Shown here piece after piece: positions 40,457 through 49,332 of a DNA stretch of 64,000 nt. Source of the DNA: Candidatus Nomurabacteria bacterium. GTDB taxonomy: Bacteria > Patescibacteriota > Minisyncoccia > Phycocordibacterales > UBA918. The DNA is taken from NCBI GenBank assembly GCA_020632075.1, contig JACKGH010000001.1:458852-522851 (forward strand). The letters run 5' to 3'. Under the pieces are notes generated by a model. That model saw only the letters and a list, made by a program, of their open reading frames with translations, made no database searches and was not told where the DNA came from. The position numbers and the translations under genes are program-made. Position 1 is the stretch's first letter, and the number at the start of each line of letters is the position of its first letter.

Positions 40457-40696
40457 CTAGTTAGGCGAACTTTGCTTCTTGAGCAAAATGTATGAAACCA
40501 AACCAGAAATAAACACGATGCAGAAGAGAAATAGAGCAAGATAAGCTTCGCTCACACCGATCATCCAGTACATACCAAACACCATCATCCAAACCAAATT
40601 CAATACGAAAGCAATACCGACCGTCAAGAGTATGAATTTTAGCAAGTAAATCACCTTAGAATCTGATGCGATAATTTCTTTTTGCAATATATTCAT
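40457..40696 (-). CDS. hypothetical small two-TM membrane protein (doubtful)
   Basis: 79-aa ORF with two hydrophobic segments; no SD; lies antisense to a region downstream of a promoter-like motif. Confidence 0.25.
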   Translation of the reverse strand: MNILQKEIIASDSKVIYLLKFILLTVGIAFVLNLVWMMVFGMYWMIGVSEAYLALFLFCIVFISGLVSYILLKKQSSPN

Positions 40697-40759
40697 AGCA
40701 TTACATTCTTAAATTTTATTATTCACATAATAGCATAGGCGACTTCTTTTCTGGAAAAA

Positions 40760-40787
40760 TTGACAATATTTCTAGTCGCGTTAGGAT
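40760..40787 (+). promoter_or_regulatory. promoter-like motif copy A (TTGACA-16-TAGGAT) upstream of the T-box leader
   Basis: TTGACA 40760-40765, TAGGAT 40782-40787; conserved block AATATTTCTAG...GCG.TTAGGATTGTA shared with copy B. Confidence 0.5.
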
Positions 40788-40792
40788 TGTAC

Positions 40793-40980
40793 GTACAGAG
40801 ATTGCAGCGGCTACCAACCGCTGGGGCGCGAACGAAGTGAGCGCCCATGAGGAATCACTTCCCTTCTAACCTGTACCAATGAAGCGCCGAGCGGCATACC
40901 AGCTCGGAAACTCGGTGGAACCGCGATCAAGATCGTCCGAGTAGGCACACGAATTTCGTGTATCTACTCGGACGTTTTTT
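40793..40980 (+). promoter_or_regulatory. T-box riboswitch leader (Thr-specific; ultrashort stem I with ACC in a 7-nt loop) ending in a terminator/antiterminator
   Basis: T-box sequence CUCGG-UGGAACC-GCGAUCAAGAUCG-CCGAG (40911-40941): 7-nt UGGAACC bulge flanked by helices, with the 3' strand shared with terminator stem GTCCGAGTAG/CTACTCGGAC + T6 (40935-40980); specifier hairpin CAGCGG-CUACCAA-CCGCUG at 40805-40823; UGGA bulge matches discriminator U of the tRNA-Thr in this window. Confidence 0.75.
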
Positions 40981-41353
40981 AAATGAGAAAAGGAGCCTAC
41001 GGCGACTATTTCGAATTTATGCAGGCGCTTCAGCAGATTCGACCTACCAAGGGAGAATATGCTAATAGCGAGCTGCACCAATTTATTAACCAGATTGTTC
41101 CTTTCAGACCTTTTCCAGACACGCATCCTCGCCTCCAGCGGGCTCGGCGCTATGCTCGCTGAGTTTCGCACTTTCGTGCGACCGAGCAAATCGAGCTGCG
41201 CAATGTCTGTCAAAAGTCTGAAAGGAACAATCACCACATCCGAGAGCCAGAGAATTATTGCTGTCTAGCGAAACATCTGCAGCGACAATACCCGGAGCGA
41301 AGCCGTTTCGTCTGATAGTAATAATTCTCTGGCTCTAAGAAAAATTCACAATT

Positions 41354-43105
41354 ATGGACCAATCACTCGAACACAAACGACACACCCTTGCTCACCTGCT
41401 CGCGGCAGCGGTGTTGCAGCGATACCCGCACGCCAAGCTCACCCTCGGCCCAGCGATCGACAACGGCTTTTACTACGATATCGACTTCTCAGCTGGCGAA
41501 ACACCGGGCGATAGCGATCTCAAGGGTCTCCAGAAAGACATGAAGAAGCTCCTCAATAAGTGGACTGACTTTACCCACGAGGAAGTCTCGGCGGAGCAGG
41601 CACGCGAAGCTTTTGCCGGCAACAAGTTCAAACTCGAGCTCATCGACGAGATCGAAGGCAAGAGTGAGACAATTACGCTCTACACATGTGGCGGCTTTAC
41701 CGATCTCTGTCGTGGTGGCCACTGTGAACACCCAAACAAAGACATCAACGCTGACGCGTTCAAGCTCGATAAGATCGCTGGTGCCTACTGGCGTGGTGAT
41801 GAGAAGAACCCGATGCTCACTCGCATCTACGGTCTCGCATTTGAGACCAAAGAAGAGCTCGAAGCCTATGAGAAGCAGCAGGAGGAAGCCAAAGCGCGTG
41901 ACCACCGCAAGCTCGGCAAAGAACTCGACCTCTTCACCTTCTCTGAACTGATTGGTCCAGGCCTCCCTCTTTTCACCCCTAAAGGCACCCTTATGCGTGA
42001 CCTCATCGTAGAAAAGATCATGAAGATTCAGGCGAAGTTCGGCTACACCAAAGTAACCATTCCGCACATCACCAAAAGCGATCTCTACAAGACCTCCGGT
42101 CACTGGGACAAGTTTAAGGATGAGCTCTTCCATGTTAAAGGTCAGTCTGACGCTGAGTTTGTGATGAAACCAATGAACTGTCCGCACCACACACAGATAT
42201 TCGACAGCCGGCCACGTTCATACAAAGAGCTACCGATCCGTTACGCCGAGACCACGATGGTCTATCGCGACGAGCAGGCCGGCGAGCTGATTGGTCTTAG
42301 TCGAGTGCGCAGTATTACGCAAGACGATGGACACGTGTTCTGTACCGTTGATCAGATCGAGCAGGAAGTCGAAAATATTCTTAACGTGATCAAGGAGTTC
42401 TACACTGCGCTTGGTATGTACGAAGAAGGTAAGTTCTGGGTTTCGCTCTCAGTCAGTGATCCAAATGATCCCGACGGCCGGCTAGGAGATGACGCTGTGT
42501 GGGACAAAGCAGAAAGCACCCTCGAAGAAGTAGCGAAGCGACTCAACCTCCCGTACAAGCGAGTTGAGGGTGAAGCAGCCTTTTATGGACCAAAGATCGA
42601 CTTCATGTTCTATGATGCGATCGGGCGCGAGAGGCAGCTTGGCACCGCCCAGCTCGACTTCGTGATGCCAAGTCGCTTTGGCCTCACCTACACTGACAAC
42701 GAAGGCAACAAGCAGATTCCAGTAATGATCCATCGTGCCATTGCAGGATCACTCGAGCGCTTTATGGCTGTGATGATCGAGCACTTCGCCGGCAACTTCC
42801 CACTCTGGCTCTCGCCGGTACAGCTCGCCGTGATTCCGGTCGCTGATGCGCACAATGAATATGCACGAGAGGTGGCGGAAATTTTGCGCCAGCAAAATTT
42901 CCGCGTCGAGCTCGACGACTCAAAAGAAGGTATGGGCAAGAAGATCCGCGCTGCCAAACAAGCCAAACTCCCCTACTTCATCGTCATTGGTGACAAAGAA
43001 GTTGAAGGGAAAACCATCACCCTTGAAAGTCGTGACGCCGAGGGTTCAGAATCGCTCAACATTGAGGCATTGCTGGCGAAATTATCTACCGAGGCAAGCG
43101 TATAA
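41354..43105 (+). CDS. thrS: threonyl-tRNA synthetase (lacks N-terminal TGS domain)
   Basis: 583-aa ORF beginning in the editing domain (RHTLAHLLAAAV); class II motifs and C-terminal anticodon-binding domain. Confidence 0.95.
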   Translation: MDQSLEHKRHTLAHLLAAAVLQRYPHAKLTLGPAIDNGFYYDIDFSAGETPGDSDLKGLQKDMKKLLNKWTDFTHEEVSAEQAREAFAGNKFKLELIDEIEGKSETITLYTCGGFTDLCRGGHCEHPNKDINADAFKLDKIAGAYWRGDEKNPMLTRIYGLAFETKEELEAYEKQQEEAKARDHRKLGKELDLFTFSELIGPGLPLFTPKGTLMRDLIVEKIMKIQAKFGYTKVTIPHITKSDLYKTSGHWDKFKDELFHVKGQSDAEFVMKPMNCPHHTQIFDSRPRSYKELPIRYAETTMVYRDEQAGELIGLSRVRSITQDDGHVFCTVDQIEQEVENILNVIKEFYTALGMYEEGKFWVSLSVSDPNDPDGRLGDDAVWDKAESTLEEVAKRLNLPYKRVEGEAAFYGPKIDFMFYDAIGRERQLGTAQLDFVMPSRFGLTYTDNEGNKQIPVMIHRAIAGSLERFMAVMIEHFAGNFPLWLSPVQLAVIPVADAHNEYAREVAEILRQQNFRVELDDSKEGMGKKIRAAKQAKLPYFIVIGDKEVEGKTITLESRDAEGSESLNIEALLAKLSTEASV

Positions 43106-43156
43106 GATTACAGATAGCACGAAGTGGCCGACTCCATTGCAGTCTGCTACTTATCC

Positions 43157-43205
43157 AAAAAACAAAGGCCGCGCCCACATTCGTGGGCGCGGCCTTTTGT
43201 TTTTA
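43157..43205. terminator. bidirectional intrinsic terminator between thrS and the surface-protein gene
   Basis: aaaaaacaaa-ggccgcgcccac-attc-gtgggcgcggcc-ttttgttttt. Confidence 0.9.
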
Positions 43206-43206
43206 C

Positions 43207-46200
43207 TTATGAAACAGCCTTCACTGCTTTCATGATAGCCATCTTCACGGCTTCTTGTTCAGAGGTGTATGTACCATCGAGTGCACTCGTAAGTGCAGAG
43301 ATCGCATTTTTGAGCTGCCCATCAGACAACCGAGTAGTTTCTCGCGTAAGCATGTCTGAAACCTTTTCAGAACCACCCTTACGATTGCGATAGACCGCAT
43401 CAAGGTCGGCAGAAGCGTCAGCTAGTGCAAACATTGGTCGCTTTCCGATCATCTCGTACGCAGCAACGATGTTGCCAGTCACGATCGCTTCAGCAAGTGA
43501 ACCGGTACCTTCAGGTACTGTCGCTGGAATGAACGGCTCCTGACTTGAAGACACTTGACCGACCTGACACACGTCACACAGATTACGCATGCGTGCTTCG
43601 TTGATAACGATCCAGCCGTCTTCAAGCGGGTACGTTTTCTTTGCTTCTGCGATCACTGTATCAAGCGCTTCGTTACGCTCAACTTCACCTGTGGTCGTGC
43701 CTACAAAGTGACGCACCGCATCACTTGAAAGTAATGCCTTTTGGGCGTGCGCACGGTTCTCAAGATCAGTTACTACTGCATCGTCCACCTGATGTGGATT
43801 TACCGCAGGAACTTCGACCTCGTTTTCTTTGTGGTTTTCATAACCGATCGCTGGCGTACCAGTTGGCAAATTACTCGGAGTTGCAAAGTCAGCTGGCGCT
43901 GGAGTAGTGGTCACCGACTTCACAAAGAGGTCAGGCTTCACTCCTTCCGCCTTCTGCATTGCCGCCACACCATCGAAAGATGGTGATGGTGTGGCCTTAG
44001 TAAAATTTACCGGCGAATCAGTTACGGTTCGCTTTCGGATCACCAAAAGGTAGGTAATGAAGAATGCCCATGCCACAAGCAATCCATAGAAGAGGAAAGT
44101 CATGATCGGACCAGCTTCAAAACCGGTGTATGGCACCTGTGAGAGTGAGATACCAGCAACGAGTGGCTGCTGATCGCGAGTCTGTAGCACAACTACATCA
44201 TCATCGATCGCAACAGCAACAGTACACTCATCTTCACGTGAACCTCGCTCAGCAAGCAATGTGAACTTCGTGTCACGAGTTGGACGCAAGGTAAGCTCAC
44301 CATCGTAGTAATCCTCCTTGTCACTTGCAAGGTAATCATCAGTCGTGAAGAGGATCTCACCACGATCGTCCTTGATCGTTACCTCAGTTGCGCGTGAAGT
44401 GTCCCACGTAAGAGTCACTTCATCGCCACGTGAGATACGAGTGTCTGAAATATCGAGTTCACAACGTGGTGATGAGCTTCCGCCACCGCCACCGCCGCTT
44501 GATACATCAATAGTAAGTGGACAGGTAATGGTCTTATCACCCTGCGTAGCAGTAAGAGTGTACGTAGTGTCATCAGATGGAGTTACTGACTGGCTTCCAG
44601 AAAGTGAAGTCGCATTGATGTTACTGATCGATACCGTATCAACGTTGGTTGTACTCCAGTTAAGTGTACTTTCGCTACCACGCGTGATCGAGTAGTCATC
44701 CGCAGTGAAGGTAACGTTATCAGCACACGTGAATACCGGCTCTGGATCTGCTACCGCAACTGGCGCCACACAACTCACCTGATCATTGTTCCCGTCGATC
44801 GCAGTGAGAGTGAACGTGGTTGATTCAGTTACGTTAAGTGACTGTGAACCAGTAAGTCCGACAGTTCCTATCGTTGGTGTGATCGATACTGTATTTGCGC
44901 CAGTTACTTCCCAGTTAAGTGATACTGGACCACCGCCATATGGAAGCTGGTTTGGTGTTGCAGTGAAGAATTCACATACTGGCACCGGATCTTCTGAGAC
45001 AGTTACTGGTGCCGTACAGTTCACAGTCTGATCGTTCTCACCTTTGACCGTGAGGATGTAGGTAGTGTTAGTTGTTGGAGAAACAGTATGTGTACCATCT
45101 ACAGCAACAATACCGATCCCATTATCAAGACTGACCTCAGTCGCGTTGGTGGTTTCCCAAGTCAAAGTTGTGCTGTCTCCAACGGTAATACCTGATGGAT
45201 TAGCCACGAACAGATCACAGCTTGGGAGCTTAGGCACTTCAACAGTTACCGGTACCTGACATTCTGTCACCTGGTCCTTCTGACCGATCACGGTCAGAGT
45301 GTATGTGATAGTAGCAAGCGGTGTCACGCTGATCGAACCATCTGCAGAAACTGCACCGATACCGTTGTTGATAAACACCTGATCAGCGTTTGAACTCTCC
45401 CACGTAAGGGTTGCGCTTTCACCTAGCAATATGGTGCTTGGAGTTGCAGTGAACAGATCACAGCTTGGCACTGGTACGATCGACACGTCAACCGGTACTG
45501 AACAAGTAACCGACTGACCAGTCGCTCCGTATACAGTAAGTGTGTACGTTGTATCTACTGTAGGCGATACAACGATCGAACCATCTGCAGAAACTGCACC
45601 GATACCGTTGTTCATAACAACATCAGTTGCGTTTGAAGTATTCCAGGTCAAGGTTGCGCTGTCGCCGACCATGATCGCAGTTGGATTAGCAGAGAAGTAA
45701 TCACAACTTGGAGCTGGTGGCTGTGTGACAGTCACCGGTACTGAACAAGTAACCGACTGACCAGCAAGACCTGCAACCGTCATGACGTAGGTCGTGTTGG
45801 TTGTTGGTGACACTGACACCGAACCGTCTGCAGCAACAACACCAACACCGTTGTTGATGGTTACTGATTCTGCGTTGGTTGTTTCCCATGTCAGAGTCAC
45901 TGTGCCACCGGTAGTGATCGTAGACGGAGTAGCAGTGAACATATCACAGCTCGGTGCCGGGATAGTAGTTACGGTCACTGGCACAGAACAGGTCACTGTT
46001 TGTCCAGTGCCATATGCTGTGAGTACGTATGTAGTATTGACTGTCGGTGACACAACGCGCGTACCGTCTACAGACACTGCACCGATACCGTTGTTAATAC
46101 TTACTGCAGTTGCGTTGGTTGTTTCCCAACTCAAAAGTGTCGTCTCACCAACAGTGATCACTGCTGGTGTCGCGGTGAATGAATCGCAACGTGGGACTGG

Positions 46201-47174
46201 AGTATAACAGTCGGTATCAATGAGAGTTCGAACAGTTTGGCTGTACTCCCAGGTCTGGAAGTTATTGAGTTCCTTGGCTGATGCCTTAGCTTGGTTGGTC
46301 ACTTCAAAATCACCACACTGTGCAGGAGTCTTTACGGTACCTCCCCACGTGATAGTTCCTACTTCACCTGGTTCGAGTACGTGTCCATTAAAACGAAGAG
46401 TTCGGTCGCTGGCGGTGTAGACAGGACTAGTGCCGTATCCAGCACTGAGATTCGATGACACTTGATACCAAGCGTAGTTCAGATCAGTGTCGACCACATC
46501 GACGATCTTCACTCCTCCACCAGTACAGTCAGCATCACCAACGTTCTTCACGGTGATAGTGTAGATGAGCTCGTCACCAGGTAGACCGACGGTCTTATTG
46601 ACTGATTTCTGAACATCAAGCTCACAGTACTTTGGAGTTTCTGGGGGCAGACAGGTGACTTGTACTTGCTGCACACACGACGATCCGCCGTTTGACAAAG
46701 CTTGCAAGGTAAAGATGGTACTTTCCTGAAGGTTATTGATCACCATCGAGCCTGAATCCGCTGAGACAGTATTGCCGTTGATCGTAATGGTGTCGAAACC
46801 ACTCGTTGACCAATTGAGGGTAAAGCTCTCACCAGTAGTTACAAGTGTTTTGCTAGCATCAAGTACACACTCGATAAAATCACTACTGTAAGCACCACCT
46901 GAAGTGTCCGTCGTGTAATTGAGATCAAAATCTCCACCAAGGTCCAAATTCGAACCTAGATCGAGATTTGTATCAAGATTTAGACCTGAGTTCAGGTCGA
47001 GATTTGTATCTAAATTGGTCCCAGGGCTAAAATCGATCCCTGAGTCGAGCTGCGTGAGCGCGATCGCAGTACTTGCTGGAGGCAAGACCGTGGTCACCAC
47101 AAACGCAAAGACCACCATCACACTTGCGATGGTCTTGAATTTCTTGTTCATAACATTACGCTTAGTTTGATTCA
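43207..47174 (-). CDS. giant cell-surface protein: signal peptide, DUF11-like domain, ~8 tandem Ig-like repeats, VPYTG + TM + RKR, then a ~280-aa cytoplasmic domain
   Basis: Start MNQTKRNVMNKKFKTIASVMVVFAFVV has AGGAG upstream (the 6-frame ORF starts at 47211); ~95-aa repeats CDxFTATP...TLTWETTNA...NNGIG...VSPTxNTTYxLT...VTCxVPV; Gly6 linker; VPYTGFEAGPIMTFLFYGLLVAWAFFITYLLVIRKR. Confidence 0.85.
44180..46190 (-). repeat. coding tandem repeats (~285 bp, ~8 degenerate copies) for Ig-like domains of the giant surface protein
   Basis: Periodic ~95-aa protein repeats bounded by conserved Cys; visible as a recurring DNA pattern. Confidence 0.7.
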
Positions 47175-47331
47175 TAACATCTATACTCCTGTCTACACCT
47201 GTGCGACACAAGAGTAATGAAGGTTACGAAACAGCGCCTACAATAAGGCTATCTAAGAACGTTGAGCGACTAGCTCACGGAGAACAAATGATGGAAAATC
47301 ATAGTTCAAAAAGCACCTTTTGTCAAGGAAT

Positions 47332-48054
47332 CTAGAGTGCTTGTACGTCAACGAGCTTGGCCTCTACGATGTAGCGATCGTCAACACTTCCAAAGCTGTT
47401 ACAAGTGGCCAACGTCAGCGTTTTACTGGTGCCTGCAATTGGCACTGTCACATCCTGGGCTCGAGCTCGATACACTTTTTCAACTCGATACTCATACATA
47501 CCATCTTCAGAATAGAGCTTGATCTTATCGCCCCACTCTAGATTCTGAATACCATTGAAAGCCTGGAAGTTTTTATTGAAGACTTGCGGCAAATAACTCG
47601 AGTGACCCAAGATGAAGACGGTCCCTTCCTGCGCCAACGTTGCAGAATCAGGATGCCGAACGACACCCTCGAGCAAAGACGCGTCAAGATCAGCGATCGT
47701 ACGTGAGGTCGGATTAAGCACTGTCACGTCTTTCTCAAGACGATCGATCACCAATCGCATTGGCAACACACCTTCAACTGAGATTGACTCAGACGACACT
47801 GCTGGAGCCACTTCAGGCTCATCTATTTCTTCTACCACTTCCTCGACTTCTGCTTCTGCTGTTTCTTCAGCCTGCGCACGCGGCGTAACCGAAACCACCT
47901 CAGTAGCTTCTTCTGTTTCCATTGTGGTTTCGGCCGGCGGCTCAGGAATAAAGTCGACCGCCACCAACAAAATGTACGTGAGCGTGAACACCAAAAAGAA
48001 CGTGCCAAGAAACACGGACTTCTTTGCCCAGATTTGATCAAACAGTGCGTTCAT
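47332..48054 (-). CDS. sortase (class undetermined)
   Basis: 240-aa ORF; N-terminal TM anchor; FILGHSS (His) and TLTLATC (TLxTC catalytic Cys) motifs; immediately upstream of the giant surface protein on the same strand. Confidence 0.8.
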   Translation of the reverse strand: MNALFDQIWAKKSVFLGTFFLVFTLTYILLVAVDFIPEPPAETTMETEEATEVVSVTPRAQAEETAEAEVEEVVEEIDEPEVAPAVSSESISVEGVLPMRLVIDRLEKDVTVLNPTSRTIADLDASLLEGVVRHPDSATLAQEGTVFILGHSSYLPQVFNKNFQAFNGIQNLEWGDKIKLYSEDGMYEYRVEKVYRARAQDVTVPIAGTSKTLTLATCNSFGSVDDRYIVEAKLVDVQAL

Positions 48055-48206
48055 TTAGAATAGCTGAATTTAGTGTATAAACTATAGCATTATATTAAGA
48101 TATGTCAATATATTTGCTGGCTCTTTGTTGTACTTCGCCACAGTACGAAAATAATGATAGATTGTATATTGACAAGTCATATACCTTGTGGTAGCTTTCG
48201 CGCATT

Positions 48207-49274
48207 ATGAACAATGTGTCAGAAAAACAAAAGGACTCAGTCCTCAAGACGCTCGCGATCGTAGGTTTTATTGGTGTAATTATTTTGATCGCGTGGTTGT
48301 CTGTAAAATTTGTAGCCGTCGCACCAGGAGCGTTTTCATCACTCGCTTCCCTTGCCGGTACACTCAACGAACGAGAATCAGCGATCCAGGAGACTGGAGC
48401 AAAGCAAACATTTACAGTAACCAGTGACGCAACCCTTGTTGCAGCTGGTACTTCGGTGGGGCTTTCTTGGGAAGACACCGAAACACCCGGATCATATGCA
48501 TTCTTTTACGATTGTGTTGAAGGGGTAGCGATCGACCTCGTTAATGAAGACGGCGTACAAAGTATTAGCTGTGGCACAAACTATAATCTTGGCAAAACCA
48601 CTTCTCTTTTGCTTACGATCGATTCAGAAAAGAATCGATACACTGATGTTGACTACACTGTCTCGTTCCTTGGCACGAACGACACCACTCCACGGGCAAG
48701 CGGAACTTCATCACTGACTGTCGTGAATAGTAATATCAGCTCTTACGTACCAACAACTGTTGCAACTATCGATACGGAACTGCCGGCACAAGACCAGGTA
48801 GTCGTGGCGACTCCGGAACCTGAGATTGAAGCACCTATCGTTGAAACTCAACCAACACCAAGCGTACCAACAACCCCAACCTACGAACAAGAGTACGTAT
48901 ACACCATTCCGACTTCTGACCCGAATGGTCGCACTGATCTTGGTACACGCTTCATCGCAGCTGGATCGATCGTCGGAAATACTTTCTTCTCCGAAGCAAT
49001 TAAGCGCGGTGACGATGGCGCAATCCAGTTCGCTGTAAAGAACTACGGTACCAAAACCTCAGCTAAGTGGACTTTCTCAGTCACACTTCCAGGTGGTGGC
49101 ACCTACAACTCAGCTGAGCAACAGCCACTGAAGCCAAATGAAGAAGCAACACTGACCATCGGTTTCCCTGAAGCATTCGGCTCTAGTCACACCTTTGTTG
49201 TTACTATCGACGAATCAACTGACCGGAACACCATCAACGACCGATTCGCACAACCTGTCACATTCATAAACTAA
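48207..49274 (+). CDS. hypothetical membrane-anchored extracellular protein
   Basis: 355-aa ORF; N-terminal TM (LAIVGFIGVIILIAWL); Thr/Pro-rich linker; terminator follows. Confidence 0.55.
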   Translation: MNNVSEKQKDSVLKTLAIVGFIGVIILIAWLSVKFVAVAPGAFSSLASLAGTLNERESAIQETGAKQTFTVTSDATLVAAGTSVGLSWEDTETPGSYAFFYDCVEGVAIDLVNEDGVQSISCGTNYNLGKTTSLLLTIDSEKNRYTDVDYTVSFLGTNDTTPRASGTSSLTVVNSNISSYVPTTVATIDTELPAQDQVVVATPEPEIEAPIVETQPTPSVPTTPTYEQEYVYTIPTSDPNGRTDLGTRFIAAGSIVGNTFFSEAIKRGDDGAIQFAVKNYGTKTSAKWTFSVTLPGGGTYNSAEQQPLKPNEEATLTIGFPEAFGSSHTFVVTIDESTDRNTINDRFAQPVTFIN

Positions 49275-49280
49275 CTACAG

Positions 49281-49316
49281 TAAAAACGGCCGGCCCCTTT
49301 GGGGCCGGCCGTTTTA
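49281..49316. terminator. bidirectional intrinsic terminator
   Basis: aaaaa-cggccggcccc-ttt-ggggccggccg-tttt. Confidence 0.9.
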
Positions 49317-49332
49317 TCTCCTCGTGCTTTTG

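Noticed and set aside
40866-41237. 123-aa minus ORF and 69-aa plus ORF in the thrS upstream region
   Set aside because: Overlap the T-box antiterminator/terminator, whose RNA structure is well supported; no RBS.
44180-46190. Regular ~285-bp tandem repeats that could be mistaken for a CRISPR-like array
   Set aside because: The repeats are long, degenerate and in-frame coding (Ig-like domains). There are no short direct repeats with unique spacers.
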